A stretch of DNA of 64,000 bases from an uncultured delta proteobacterium (GCA_963850305.1 CAWKKR010000001.1:889823-953822); one strand, 5' to 3'. Positions 28,274 through 38,982 are shown, counted from the stretch's first letter. Program-made: numbers and translations. Notes: generated by a model from the sequence alone, not told the origin.

Positions 28274-30040
28274 CTAAAACCAGAGCATCATCACGACAGC
28301 CACCGTGACGGCGCCGACCAGGATTTGCATGGGTACGCCAAACCGGAGAAAGTCCGTGAAGCGGTAGTGCCCTGGCCCGTACACCATGAGATTGGTCTGA
28401 TAGCCGATGGGCGTCGAAAAACTCGCGGAGGCCGCCATCATAAGGACGAGGAGCAGCGGCTTCGCCGGGAGCGACGCGACCCGGGCCGTTTCCAGGCAGA
28501 GCGGGAACATCAGTGCTGCGGCCGAGTTGTTCGTGATGAGCTCGGTGAGCAACGCCGTGGAGAGGTAGACGCCCGCGACGATTGCCGCCGTCCCGAAGTG
28601 ACCGGCGAAACCGACGAGCCCCATCGCGAACGTGGAAGCGACGCCGGTCTTGTCGAGCGCGGTGCCCAGGGCGAACGACCCGGCGATCGTGAGGAGTACC
28701 CTCGGTTCGATGGCCTCAAGGGCGTCGGCCGCGGTCAGACAGCCGAACAGCAAGACCAGGAACGCCGCGAGGAAGCTCGCCGTCACGATGGGCATGAAGC
28801 CGAGCGCGTTCACCAGGATCATGCCGACGGCCACCGCCGACGCGATCCAGGCACGGTCATAGCGGGGAGCGGCGCTGTGCGCGACCTCGCGAAAAAGCGC
28901 GAAGTCCTTGTCATGCCTGTTGCGGATCGAGAAGGACGGGTGCGCCTCGACGAGCAGCACGTCACCGGGTCTGAGGACGATGTCGCCCACCTTGGAACGG
29001 AGGCGCTCCCCGCCGCGGTGCACCGCGATCACCGCGGCATCGTACTTGGTGCGAAAGCGTATTTCGCGGATCGTCATGCCAGAGAACGTGGAGCGCGCGG
29101 AAACGACGGCCTCGACGAGCTGTCGATCCGGGCGCGGCGCCAGCAGCTTGTCGAGCTGGTCCGTCGCGGGAACGAGGCCGCGGATCCGGAGCAAATCGAC
29201 GACGCTCTCGATCACGCCCGCGAACAGGAGCTGATCGCCTTCGAGGAGCCGGGTCTTCGGATCCACGGCGGGCAGGACCTCGTCGTTGCGGTGGATCTCG
29301 ACCAGGAAGAGGCCGGGCAGATGGCGGAGTCCGGCAGACTCGATGGATTTCCCGACGATGGACGACCCACCCTCGACCCGGGTAGCCACCATGTACTCGC
29401 GGGCGCCCGGACTCCCCTCCTCGACGACTCCCCGAGACGGCAACAGCCAGCGCGAGGCAGCGAACACGTAGAGGAAGCCGACGACGGTGATCGACAGACC
29501 GAGCTTCAGCGGATCGAACAGGGAGAAGGCGATCGGCGGATTCGCGTGCGCCGCGAGGCCGCTCACGACGAGGTTGGTGCTGGTCCCGATGAGCGTGCAG
29601 GCGCCGCTCAACACCGCCGCGTAGGAGAGCGGGATCATCAGCTTGGAAGGCGGCACGCGGATCTGTTTTGCCCAGTCGGACACGATGGGCACCATGAGCG
29701 CGACGAGCGGCGTGTTGTTGACGAACGCCGACACGCCCGCCACCGGAAACATCAACCGCATCTGCGCGGCGAGCACGGTCTTCGGTCGCCCCAGGAGCGA
29801 CCGCACCACGGCGTCGAGCGCGCCGGTCTCGCGCAGCGCCGCCGTCACGACGAAGAGCGCCGCCACCGTGAGCATGCCTTCGTTCGAGAACCCCGAGAGC
29901 GCCTCCTCGGGTGTCAGGATCCGAACGCCCATGAGCAGCGTGATGGCCGCGAGCAGCGTGAGGTCCGACGGCCGCCCGCGCACCATCGCGGCGACCGCGC
30001 CTGCGACCACGGCGAGGACCAGCCAGGCTTGGAGGGTCAT
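28274..30040 (-). CDS. SLC13-family anion permease with TrkA-C (RCK_C) domains
   Basis: SAFVNNTP, GACTLIGTSTNL, TPIGYQTNLMVYGPG; two soluble RCK_C-like segments. Confidence 0.92.
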   Translation of the reverse strand: MTLQAWLVLAVVAGAVAAMVRGRPSDLTLLAAITLLMGVRILTPEEALSGFSNEGMLTVAALFVVTAALRETGALDAVVRSLLGRPKTVLAAQMRLMFPVAGVSAFVNNTPLVALMVPIVSDWAKQIRVPPSKLMIPLSYAAVLSGACTLIGTSTNLVVSGLAAHANPPIAFSLFDPLKLGLSITVVGFLYVFAASRWLLPSRGVVEEGSPGAREYMVATRVEGGSSIVGKSIESAGLRHLPGLFLVEIHRNDEVLPAVDPKTRLLEGDQLLFAGVIESVVDLLRIRGLVPATDQLDKLLAPRPDRQLVEAVVSARSTFSGMTIREIRFRTKYDAAVIAVHRGGERLRSKVGDIVLRPGDVLLVEAHPSFSIRNRHDKDFALFREVAHSAAPRYDRAWIASAVAVGMILVNALGFMPIVTASFLAAFLVLLFGCLTAADALEAIEPRVLLTIAGSFALGTALDKTGVASTFAMGLVGFAGHFGTAAIVAGVYLSTALLTELITNNSAAALMFPLCLETARVASLPAKPLLLVLMMAASASFSTPIGYQTNLMVYGPGHYRFTDFLRFGVPMQILVGAVTVAVVMMLWF

Positions 30041-30220
30041 GAGGGCCGGACGCTATATTCAGTGCCATCGGGCGGCGAGCCGAACGACACGTCAATGCGT
30101 CCTGAGCTCAGGTTCTTTCGGGACAAACACGGCCCCGGGAGCACTCGAGCGCCTCCCGACGGCTCATCGTGAACCACCGGGGGCACTGCACCGCTCCCGC
30201 TGGGTCGTCTGCTCCCGAAG

Positions 30221-31201
30221 CTACGAACTCTGGCCCATCACCCTGGCGCCGAGCAGAGTGGCCTGGTGGAACAGATCGCGCGCGAAGCGCACCTTCGGCG
30301 AGAGTGCGTTGCGATCGACCGGATGCAGGAAGTCGACCAGGAAGGTGTGCTGGCGCTCGGTCAATCCGTAGACGCCCTCGACACTCTCGCCCTCGGCCAG
30401 ACCTTCTTCGTCCGCCATGCGGCGCGTCACTTGCCTGTGGAGGCGCGCGACGGTCACGCCGAGCTCGCGGTGATTGATGCCGAGGGCGACGAGGTGCGGA
30501 TCGAGCATCTCCCCGCCGGCCACGGTCAGGAAAAACAGCTCGAGATTGAACCGCCAGTTGCGCACGCGTTCTAGCGCGGTGGTCTTGCCGAGGAGCCTCG
30601 GCAGGTAGAGGACGCCTAGGGCGACGTGGCGCGACTCGTCGCGCTCGATGTACGTGAGCAGGTCCGTGAGCACGGGTTCGAGCTCGGCCGCCGCGACGCG
30701 CTTGAAGATGGCGAGCGCCATGTTCTCCACCGTGAGCTGCATCCCGTAGAGCTTCTCGATGATGGAGGGAGCGCCGAGGATCTTCCGCAAGAGGCGCTCG
30801 CCGTACGGGTTGATGTGGGGGAGTTCGATGTGCGCGCGACGGAAGTATTCGCGCAGCACCGTGAAGTGACGGGCCTCGTCGAAGACCTGACCGGTCGCCG
30901 CCATCTTCGCGTCGACGTCGGGGAGCTCACGCGCGAGATCCGCAGCGATGTTCCACGCGGCAAGCTCGCCCCAGAGCAGCACCGAGAACAGGTGACCGAG
31001 CGCTTCGCGCCGCTCCTCGGGCACGTGGATTCCGCCGTGCTTCGTCTCGAGCTCATCGAGCACCACACGAGGATCCCAGGAGTGCTCGCGGGTGTTGTGG
31101 TAGAGGCGCTCGATCCGCTCGGTCTTCTCGGTGGCGCGCCCCGCCCAAAGGTCGAGGAGCTCGTACGGGGGAAACGCTTCTGTCCGGGCGTGGTCGAGCA
31201 T
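30221..31201 (-). CDS. Ferritin-like diiron protein
   Basis: LWGELAA...DEARH...ENMA...DESRH, a paired E/DExxH pattern. Confidence 0.85.
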   Translation of the reverse strand: MLDHARTEAFPPYELLDLWAGRATEKTERIERLYHNTREHSWDPRVVLDELETKHGGIHVPEERREALGHLFSVLLWGELAAWNIAADLARELPDVDAKMAATGQVFDEARHFTVLREYFRRAHIELPHINPYGERLLRKILGAPSIIEKLYGMQLTVENMALAIFKRVAAAELEPVLTDLLTYIERDESRHVALGVLYLPRLLGKTTALERVRNWRFNLELFFLTVAGGEMLDPHLVALGINHRELGVTVARLHRQVTRRMADEEGLAEGESVEGVYGLTERQHTFLVDFLHPVDRNALSPKVRFARDLFHQATLLGARVMGQSS

Positions 31202-31300
31202 GAAGTCTCCGAGGGTGAACTCACAGCCTACACCCTGCCCGTCGTTCGTGGAGAGGGCGCGTCGTTGACGGCCGCACGGAAAGCGCGGGATATTCATGGA

Positions 31301-33307
31301 ATGCTGGGACTATCACGCGCTCCGCGCTCGGCCGTCGTAGTCGTCGCTGCCCTGGGCTGTGCGAGCTGCACGAGGAAGTCGGGACTGCACCCACATCCGT
31401 CGATGACGGACGCCGGCGCCGAGTCCGGAGCCGACGTCGCAGCGCCACGACTTCCGTCGGACTGCGACCCGCTAGTCCCGACTTATTGCGGCTTTCCGTT
31501 TCCGTCCAACGTCTGGCTCGTCGATGACCCGTCCACGCCGACAGGCAAGCACGTGGCGTTCGGCGCGACGACGCTCCCGTTCTCGTCCACGGCAAACGTG
31601 CAGACCGATCCGACCGTCTGGACGCAGTCCGACGGCTTCTCGCCGGGGGTCGCTCTCCTGACGCACATGCCCGGCGCGACCGTCACGGGTTTACCCACGC
31701 CGGACACGCTCGACGCCTCGCTCGACCCGGATTGCCCGACGGTCCTCATCGAGGCCGACACAGGCGTCCGCGTGCCGCACTTCAGCGAGCTCGACGAGTC
31801 GACGACGCAAGACGACCACCGTGCGTTCATCATCCGTCCCGTCACACGCTTGAAGGACGCGACGCGCTACATCGTTGCCATCCGCAACGTGGTGGACGCG
31901 AGCGGGACGCCAATTCCGCCAGTCGCCAGCTTCCAGACGCTCCGTGATGGAACGCCGAGCGACGACCCGTCGGTCGCGATGCGGCGCCCGCTCTACGCCG
32001 ACATCTTCGCGAAGCTCGCCGCCGCTCACGTGCCGAAGGACAACCTCCAGATTGCGTGGGACTTCTCGACGGCAAGCGACACGAACAACTCGGGCCACCT
32101 CGTGAAGATGCGGGACGAAGCGCTCGCACAGGTGGGAACCGACGGTCCCGCTTACACGATCACAACCGTGACCCCGAACCCCGACGCGGACACCGCCGTC
32201 GAGATCGACGGCAACATGACCGTCCCGCTCTACCTGACGGGCCCCGACGCGGGCGCGACGATGACGCTCGATTCGAACGACATGCCGGAGCAAAACGGCA
32301 CCGCGACGTACCCGTTCCTCGTGCTGATTCCGAACAGCGCGACGAAGGGCACCCCGGGGTATCCGATGCAGTTCGGGCACGGTCTCCTCGGGGATCGAAC
32401 CCAGGCACGCAGCTTCTCCAGGTTCGCCGATCAGCTCGACTTCGTCGTCGTCGCGACGGATTGGATCGGCCTCGCGTCGAGCGATCTCCTCAACGTGGGC
32501 CAGGTCCTGTCGAACGGCGACGCGAGCCAGTTTCGCACGGTCGCCGACCGTCTCCAGCAGGGCGTGCTGAACGCGCTCCTCGCGATGAGGATGGTCACCG
32601 GCAAGTTCGCGAGCGATCCCGCGGTGCAGTTCAACGGCAAGAGCGCCATCGATCCGTCGAAGCGCTTCTACTTCGGCGGGAGTGAAGGCGGCATCATGGG
32701 AGCCACTTACATGGCGCTCTCGACAGACGTGACCCGCGGCGTGCTCGATAACCTGGGCCAACCTTACAGCCTCCTCTTGAATCGCAGTGTCGACTTCGCA
32801 CCGTACCTGAGTCTTCTGCAGAACACCTATCCGAACGCCCTCGACATCCAGCTGGGGATCGGGCTGGACCAGATGTTGTGGGACAGGTCCGAGCCGAGCG
32901 GCTTTTCGACACACATCACGTCGAACCTCTTTCCCGGAACTCCGGCCCACAGCGTCCTGATGCAGGTGAGCATCGGTGATCACCAGGTGACGACGCTCGG
33001 GGCCCACATCCTCGCGCGGGCCGCGGGTGCGGTGACCCTGACGCCCGCGAACCGCCCCATCTACGACATCTCGGAGGTCTCGCCGCCATACACGGGCCCC
33101 GCGACGCTCGTCGAATACGACTTCGGGCTTCCCCCGGTGCCGCTCACGAATATCCCCATGACGCAGGGCAACGACCCCCACGGCGAGCTCGCCGACACTC
33201 CGGGCGCGATCAGCCAGGCACAACACTTCCTGCAAACGGGTGAAGTGCAGAACTTCTGCGACGGCGGTCCGTGCAACCTGGAGACGGACGGGTTCACGGG
33301 GAATTAA
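31301..33307 (+). CDS. Secreted or lipoprotein alpha/beta-hydrolase (lipase-like) with N-terminal Ig-like region
   Basis: Hydrophobic N-terminus with Cys; FGHGLLG oxyanion region; GGSEGG nucleophile elbow; GDHQV and C-terminal DPH. Confidence 0.75.
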   Translation: MLGLSRAPRSAVVVVAALGCASCTRKSGLHPHPSMTDAGAESGADVAAPRLPSDCDPLVPTYCGFPFPSNVWLVDDPSTPTGKHVAFGATTLPFSSTANVQTDPTVWTQSDGFSPGVALLTHMPGATVTGLPTPDTLDASLDPDCPTVLIEADTGVRVPHFSELDESTTQDDHRAFIIRPVTRLKDATRYIVAIRNVVDASGTPIPPVASFQTLRDGTPSDDPSVAMRRPLYADIFAKLAAAHVPKDNLQIAWDFSTASDTNNSGHLVKMRDEALAQVGTDGPAYTITTVTPNPDADTAVEIDGNMTVPLYLTGPDAGATMTLDSNDMPEQNGTATYPFLVLIPNSATKGTPGYPMQFGHGLLGDRTQARSFSRFADQLDFVVVATDWIGLASSDLLNVGQVLSNGDASQFRTVADRLQQGVLNALLAMRMVTGKFASDPAVQFNGKSAIDPSKRFYFGGSEGGIMGATYMALSTDVTRGVLDNLGQPYSLLLNRSVDFAPYLSLLQNTYPNALDIQLGIGLDQMLWDRSEPSGFSTHITSNLFPGTPAHSVLMQVSIGDHQVTTLGAHILARAAGAVTLTPANRPIYDISEVSPPYTGPATLVEYDFGLPPVPLTNIPMTQGNDPHGELADTPGAISQAQHFLQTGEVQNFCDGGPCNLETDGFTGN

Positions 33308-33825
33308 CGCAGAAGCAGCGAGCTTCTCGGTCTCGACGGTCGCGACCTGAACGCAACCGAGAGGGTCTCCACGCCCTCGAACATCCCGTCGCGCGTCACG
33401 CCCGCGCCCGAGAGCGAGCGCAGATGGGGAGCGAGCCAGGTGACCGCTTCCGGGACATTTCCGAAGATCTTCGACGGGTGGGGCGGTGGCGCGACCATCA
33501 GGAGACCGGTGAGCACGCTCCGATGCATCGCCCCCACCAGGCCGTCCGCGAGAATCACGGTGCAGGAGGCGACCCGATGCGGCTCCCAGTGCTTGATGAG
33601 CTTCGTCATGCGCGTGCGCTCTTCGGAGGTCATCGGCGTGCTGCTCGGATACACGATGACTAGCTCCACGAGCCGCGTCCGGTGCCGTTCGAACCACGCG
33701 TCCCCCACCCGCTCCATCTCGTTCATGTCCGAAACGGTGACTTGCCCTTCGAACAGGTGAACGGCGAATGGACCTGCAACGCTCGTCCACGCGGTGGGCT
33801 TCCGGATGAGCGGCTCGAACTGCAT
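33304..33825 (-). CDS. Hypothetical protein (STAS/SEC14-like, tentative)
   Basis: Protein-like frame MQFEPLIR...KIFGNVPEAVTWL downstream of the ECF sigma. Confidence 0.65.
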   Translation of the reverse strand: MQFEPLIRKPTAWTSVAGPFAVHLFEGQVTVSDMNEMERVGDAWFERHRTRLVELVIVYPSSTPMTSEERTRMTKLIKHWEPHRVASCTVILADGLVGAMHRSVLTGLLMVAPPPHPSKIFGNVPEAVTWLAPHLRSLSGAGVTRDGMFEGVETLSVAFRSRPSRPRSSLLLR

Positions 33826-33896
33826 CGAATCTTCAGGATACACGAGGCCGCGTCGCCGCGAACGGCAAGCGGAATGCCCGGACTTGGCCCGCGGAT

Positions 33897-35138
33897 CTAC
33901 GTTGCCGCGAGCTCGCGCAGGCGGCGCTGCAGGAAGCGCCGCTCGGCGTCCGTGCCGGCCTTCGCCAGCGCTTCGCCATAGGCGCGTGCGGCTTCCTCGT
34001 GACGGCCGAGCCGGCGCAGCAGATCCGCGCGGGCCGCGGGCAACAGGTGATAGCCCGCGAGGGCCGGCTCGAGTCGTTCGATGAGTCGTAACCCGGCGGC
34101 GGGCCCTTCGCACATCGCGACGGCGACGGCGTGATTCAGCGCGATGACGGGTGACGGATGAAGCGCATGAAGTCTCGCATAGAGCGCCGCGATCTGCGCC
34201 CAGTCCGTATCCCCCGCGCCGCTCGCACGGGCGTGAACCGCGGCGATCGCAGCCTGAATTGCGTAGCCATCCGGCGCGCCCTCCGCGAGCACCCTCGCAA
34301 CCAGCTCGAGCCCTTCGGCGATCTGCGCGGCGTCCCAGAGTCGACGATCTTGTTCCTCGAGCAGCACGAGATCTCCGGCCGCGTCCGTTCGAGCCTCGCG
34401 TCGCGAATCCTGAAGAAGCATCAACGCCAGCAAGCCACGAGGCCCCCGATAGGACGGCATCAGCTCGCACAGCACGCGCGCGAGGCGGATCGCTTCGGCA
34501 GCGAGCTCGAGCCGGGTCAGCGCGTCGCCGGAAGTCGCGGAGTAACCCTCGTTGAAAACGAGATAGACGACCGCCGTGACGGCATCGATCCGCTCCGGGA
34601 GGTCGTCTGCATCGGGAACGCGGTACGGAATCCTTGCGGCCCTGATCTTCTGTTTCGCCCGGACGAGCCGCTGCGCCATCGTCGCCGGGGGAACCAGGAA
34701 GGCTCGCGCGATCTCCTCCGTGGAAAGCCCCCCGAGTGTACGGAGCGTGAGCGCCACCTGCGCGTCGACCGCCAGGGACGGATGGCAGCACGTGAAGATG
34801 AGGCTCAGACGGTCGTCCATCAGCGCGTCTCGCTCGTCCGGCGGCAGCACGCTCTTGTCTTCCGGCGCGAGATCCGCCTCGAGCGCCGCACGCTTTCGTG
34901 CGGCAATACGCTCATGGCGAGCCACATCGGCCGCTTTGTTCCGCGCCGCGCGGATCAACCACGCGCGCGGATTGTCCGGTACGCCCGCACGCGGCCACTG
35001 GGCGAGCGCAGCCTCGAGCGCCGCGGATAGCGCCTCTTCCGCGGCGTCGAAATCGCCCAGGAGCCGGATGAGCGTCGCGACGATGCGCCCTCGCTCTTCT
35101 TTGAATACGCGTTCGACCGCGACCGAGCCCGCGTCCAT
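33897..35138 (-). CDS. ECF sigma-70 factor, ECF42-type with C-terminal TPR extension (DUF6596)
   Basis: DFDAAEEA, DDRLSLIFTCCHP, YLVFNEGY, DWAQIAALY; adjacent DGPF/YciI gene. Confidence 0.93.
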   Translation of the reverse strand: MDAGSVAVERVFKEERGRIVATLIRLLGDFDAAEEALSAALEAALAQWPRAGVPDNPRAWLIRAARNKAADVARHERIAARKRAALEADLAPEDKSVLPPDERDALMDDRLSLIFTCCHPSLAVDAQVALTLRTLGGLSTEEIARAFLVPPATMAQRLVRAKQKIRAARIPYRVPDADDLPERIDAVTAVVYLVFNEGYSATSGDALTRLELAAEAIRLARVLCELMPSYRGPRGLLALMLLQDSRREARTDAAGDLVLLEEQDRRLWDAAQIAEGLELVARVLAEGAPDGYAIQAAIAAVHARASGAGDTDWAQIAALYARLHALHPSPVIALNHAVAVAMCEGPAAGLRLIERLEPALAGYHLLPAARADLLRRLGRHEEAARAYGEALAKAGTDAERRFLQRRLRELAAT

Positions 35139-35189
35139 GACCGTCCGAGCGGAGCATAGCTCGGACGGCCATCGCTCGAGCAGGCCGGA

Positions 35190-35558
35190 TCAGGGCCGCG
35201 GATAATCCGCCGGCATCACGCGAACGGGGCGCACCTCGATCGAGCCAATCTTTGCTCCCGGAATGCGGGCAGCGAGCTTGATCGCCTCGTCCAGATCCTT
35301 CGCGTCGACGAGGTAGTAACCGCCGAGCTGTTCCTTCGTCTCCGCGAACGGCCCGTCCGTCGTGAGGGTCTTCCCTTCCCTCACCCGCACCGTGGTCGCG
35401 GTCGAAGACGGTTCGAGCGCGTTGCCGCCCTTCATGTGTTTCGACTTGATGATCTCCTGCGTGAACGCGCCGTACTCCTTGAACATGGCGTTCCGATCGC
35501 CTTCGGTGGCGTTACGCATCGCGGCTTCGCTCTGATAAATCGTGAGCAGGTATTCCAT
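35190..35558 (-). CDS. YciI/DGPF family protein
   Basis: TDGPFAETKEQLGGYY and GSIEVRP motifs; GGAGGAG Shine-Dalgarno. Confidence 0.93.
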   Translation of the reverse strand: MEYLLTIYQSEAAMRNATEGDRNAMFKEYGAFTQEIIKSKHMKGGNALEPSSTATTVRVREGKTLTTDGPFAETKEQLGGYYLVDAKDLDEAIKLAARIPGAKIGSIEVRPVRVMPADYPRP

Positions 35559-35728
35559 GACTCTCTCCTCCATCGGGGTGACGTTGCGGACTTCGCGTCC
35601 ACCCCTGAGTCGATCGAAGAAGGGACTGATCGACAACCCTCCTCGATTTTCTCGTTGGGGGTCGGTCGGCGGTCCGCGCCGGCGAGGGGCCGTCCGGACC
35701 GGCGTGAAATCGCGGAATTCCCCGATAA

Positions 35729-36207
35729 CGGGCGGGATGGCTCCGGAAAGTCCAGAGCGCGGCCGCAGACTCGACCGGACGCGCAGCGGCGGGAACGGTC
35801 GTCAGTGCGCAGAGCGGCGCGGGGCAGCTCGGGAAGGCGCTCGTCTTCAGCGGCACCGACGCGCACGTCGAGGCCGGCTCGGCGAACGACATCGACGACA
35901 TCTTCGCGAAAGGCGCGACCGTGAGCGCCTGGATCGATCCGACCGGCTGGGGCGGAAACAACTTTGGCCGAGTCTTCGACGAGGAGACGGACGTCAACCC
36001 GGGGGCGCGCTGCAGCTCGACGACAGCAACAACGCTACTCCGGATCACTCGCTGCGCTTCGAGCACGGGTTTGGCACGGGCAAAGGCGGCTGGGAGTCGC
36101 CCACGAACTCGATCGCACTGAACGAGTGGACCCACGTTTCCGTAGACGCTCCCCTGAGCTCGGGCATGGAAGCTCAGCCCGGGTTTCGCGCAACGGTGAG
36201 CGTCTGA
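35729..36207 (+). pseudogene. Truncated, frameshifted LamG / concanavalin A-like domain relic
   Basis: AAADSTG..GQLGKALVFSG..TVSAWIDP in one frame; LNEWTHVSV in another after a G-run at about 36001; upstream in-frame stops and no start codon. Confidence 0.7.
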
Positions 36208-36863
36208 GCGCCGAGCACGACGCGTCTCAGCATTGGCTCGAGCGGGCGGAGCTGTGCGAAGAGGCGCGGAAAGAACACGATGTAGTCGACACGCTCCACG
36301 AGGAATCCGGCTCCAACCAGGAGCGGCCGGAGCTCCCACGGGTAGAGCAGGACGGCATCGTCGTCGAACGGACATCTGGCGACCGAGCGCCGGGTGAACG
36401 GGTTGAGCGGGTTGTGCTCGAACAGGAACAGGCGACCCCCCGGCATCAACTTCGTACGGAGCCGGGACAGGACCTCGCGACGCTCACCAACGGACACATG
36501 ATGAATGACCCCGGCGCAGACGGCCGTCGCGAAATGACCAGGCTCCAGGTCGTCTTCGGTCCCGACGCACCGCGCGTCCGGCACCCGTCGTCGTGCGTGC
36601 TCGAGGCTCACCGGCGACGGTTCGTACGCGGTGATGTCGTCGAACTCGAACGACAGGCGCTCGGTCAGGCTTCCGACGCCGGCGCCGAAATCCAGGATGG
36701 GCCGGCCGCGTGGCGCGCCGAGCCGGAGGAGGCACCTGAGCTTGTATTCCGCGAAGTACTCGGGCGGCTCGCCACTGTCGCGGAGGCTCGTCTCGAGCAG
36801 TGCGGCGTATTCTGCGGCGTAGGCGTCGAACTTCGGCGGCGGGGCGGCGGCATTCTCGCGCAT
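36174..36863 (-). CDS. Class I SAM-dependent methyltransferase
   Basis: ILDFGAGVG motif I; VIHHV; LFEHNPLNP. Confidence 0.9.
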   Translation of the reverse strand: MRENAAAPPPKFDAYAAEYAALLETSLRDSGEPPEYFAEYKLRCLLRLGAPRGRPILDFGAGVGSLTERLSFEFDDITAYEPSPVSLEHARRRVPDARCVGTEDDLEPGHFATAVCAGVIHHVSVGERREVLSRLRTKLMPGGRLFLFEHNPLNPFTRRSVARCPFDDDAVLLYPWELRPLLVGAGFLVERVDYIVFFPRLFAQLRPLEPMLRRVVLGAQTLTVARNPG

Positions 36864-36942
36864 GGGGGCCGACAGATTAGCAGAGCATTTGCCGGGAACG
36901 CGTGGAGCGACGGCCGAAACGACGTGGTATACGGGCGCGCGA

Positions 36943-38943
36943 ATGAACGCGACGGAGGTCGATCCACGGCTCGAGACGCCGGCGCTCACGACACTCTGTC
37001 GCTCGTTCGCGCTCCTCGGCGCCGAAGGCGCGGCCGTCGGACTCGGGCTCTGGAGTCTTCGCGTGGGGGACGCGTTCTCGGCCTACGTCGCGGGCAACGT
37101 CCTCACCACCGCTCAGCGCACCTTCGTCATGGCCGACCTCTTCGGGGGCGCCGCCGTCGCGATGCTCGTCGGCGCGCTGATCCTCGCGCGGCGCCGCTCC
37201 GCGGGCGTGGAGACCGTACGTCGGCTCGCGTTTCGCCTGTCCCCGCTGATCCTCGTCTGGCTCGCCCCCCTGCTCTTCAACTGGCGACTCTGGAAGGACC
37301 GGGAGCTTCAATTCCTGGCCCTTGCGGGGCTGCTCGGCGTGGGCCTGCAGCGCCTCGTTCGCGTATCGCTCCTGACGCCGAGCGTGTTCCCTCGCCTGCC
37401 GGCACCGTCGTTCGTCCGCTCGGCGGGGAGACGCATCGCGAGTGCGTTCGACGGAGTTCTGCCGACGGTGCTCGTGGTGATGGGAGCGCTGGGGTACGCC
37501 GCTTTCTTCTCCTTTTTTACCATCCGCAATCACTACCGTCTCGGCACCGCGGCGATGGACCTCGGGCTAGAGGACAACCTCATCTACAACGCGGTCCACT
37601 GGGGACCACTCTTCAAGTCTTCGCCGCTCGGAGGGCCGACCTCATCGCACGGCGGCTTTCACCAGACCTACTTCGCGTACCTCATCGCCATTCCCTATCG
37701 GTTCGCGCCCACGCCGCGGACGCTCCTCGTCATCCAGGCGTTTCTCATGGGCGCCGCGGCGGTGCCGCTCTACTTCTTCGCGCGCCGCAAGCTTTCTCGG
37801 GCCGTCGCGTGTTTGATCGCGTTTCTCTATCTCATCTACGCGCCGCTCCACGGGGCAAACCTTTACGACTTCCACTATCTACCTCTCGCGACGGTCTTTC
37901 TCTGGACCACCCTGAACCTCGTCGAGGGGAGACGCTACTGGTGGGCCTCGTTCGTCGTGCTCGTGACCTTGTCGATCCGGGAGGACGTCTCGGCGCTACT
38001 GGTCATCATCGGGGGCTATTTGCTCTTCACCGGCGACAGACCGCTCCCCGGGCTCGTCCTCGCGCTGGTGAGTACCGCGTATTTCATCGCTCTGAAGATG
38101 TTCATCATGCCGCGCTTCATGGGCGGCACGGAATCCTTCATTCATCAGTACAGCGGCTTCTTGCCGGCGGGCGAGAAGGGATACGGCGGTGTGCTGAAAA
38201 CGGTCTTCGCGAATCCGGCATTCAGCCTCGGGCTCATCCTCGAGAAGAACAAGCTCATCTACCTTCTGCAGATCATCATACCATTCGCCTTCCTTCCATG
38301 GCGGCGGCCCATCGGGCTTCTGTGCACCGTTCCGGGGTTTCTCTTCACGCTGCTCGCGACGAACTATCCACCGCTCATCCAGACGTCCTTCCAATACACG
38401 ACGTACTGGACCACGTTCCTGTTCCTCGCCGTCGTCGCGAATCTATCCTGGATGAAGGAACGCGAGCTCGCTGGCGACGCGTCGTCCGTCGAGTTCGGCG
38501 CGAGCCGCAAGGCGTGGCTCGTCGCTCTCGTCGCCGCGATGGTCGTCACGTCGTACCAGTTCGGCGGGCTCTTCCAGCAGCACACGGTGCGCGGCGGCTT
38601 TGGCGCGTATCGGTTCGACCTCACGCAGGCCGATCGCGACCGGCACGAACGCCTGTACCAGCTCATCCGCGAGGTACCGCCGGATGCGCGCATCGTATCG
38701 TCCGAACTGATCGTCCCGCACGTCTCGGAGCGGCCCAACGCTTACACACTCCGCGTCGGCATATTCGACGCAGAGTATCTGCTCATCTGGATGCCCCCGT
38801 GGGGGGACGAACGCAGAGCCGTCGTGGACGCGATCAAAGGCGGCAAGTTCGGCGTCGTGGACGAACGCGGAGAGTTCGTGCTCGCGAAGCGCGGCTACTC
38901 GACGGCGAAGAACGCCGCCGTCGTTGCCAAGTATCGCCTGTGA
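36943..38943 (+). CDS. DUF2079 membrane protein (probable GT-C-fold glycosyltransferase), paralogue 1
   Basis: MDLGLEDN, HGGFH, NLYDFHY and SIREDV motifs; many TM helices. Confidence 0.85.
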   Translation: MNATEVDPRLETPALTTLCRSFALLGAEGAAVGLGLWSLRVGDAFSAYVAGNVLTTAQRTFVMADLFGGAAVAMLVGALILARRRSAGVETVRRLAFRLSPLILVWLAPLLFNWRLWKDRELQFLALAGLLGVGLQRLVRVSLLTPSVFPRLPAPSFVRSAGRRIASAFDGVLPTVLVVMGALGYAAFFSFFTIRNHYRLGTAAMDLGLEDNLIYNAVHWGPLFKSSPLGGPTSSHGGFHQTYFAYLIAIPYRFAPTPRTLLVIQAFLMGAAAVPLYFFARRKLSRAVACLIAFLYLIYAPLHGANLYDFHYLPLATVFLWTTLNLVEGRRYWWASFVVLVTLSIREDVSALLVIIGGYLLFTGDRPLPGLVLALVSTAYFIALKMFIMPRFMGGTESFIHQYSGFLPAGEKGYGGVLKTVFANPAFSLGLILEKNKLIYLLQIIIPFAFLPWRRPIGLLCTVPGFLFTLLATNYPPLIQTSFQYTTYWTTFLFLAVVANLSWMKERELAGDASSVEFGASRKAWLVALVAAMVVTSYQFGGLFQQHTVRGGFGAYRFDLTQADRDRHERLYQLIREVPPDARIVSSELIVPHVSERPNAYTLRVGIFDAEYLLIWMPPWGDERRAVVDAIKGGKFGVVDERGEFVLAKRGYSTAKNAAVVAKYRL

Positions 38944-38982
38944 TCGAGTGACCCGGCGTGTCCGGTCGCTCGGCGGTCGTGC

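Noticed and set aside
33897..35558. ECF sigma + YciI as a novel system
   Set aside because: Matches the known ECF42/DGPF arrangement
35964..38951. 995-aa plus-strand ORF and similar long Arg/Ala-rich ORFs (e.g. 31691..33790, 39337..41496, 28325..30172)
   Set aside because: Shadow or antisense ORFs typical of high-GC DNA, overlapping well-supported genes
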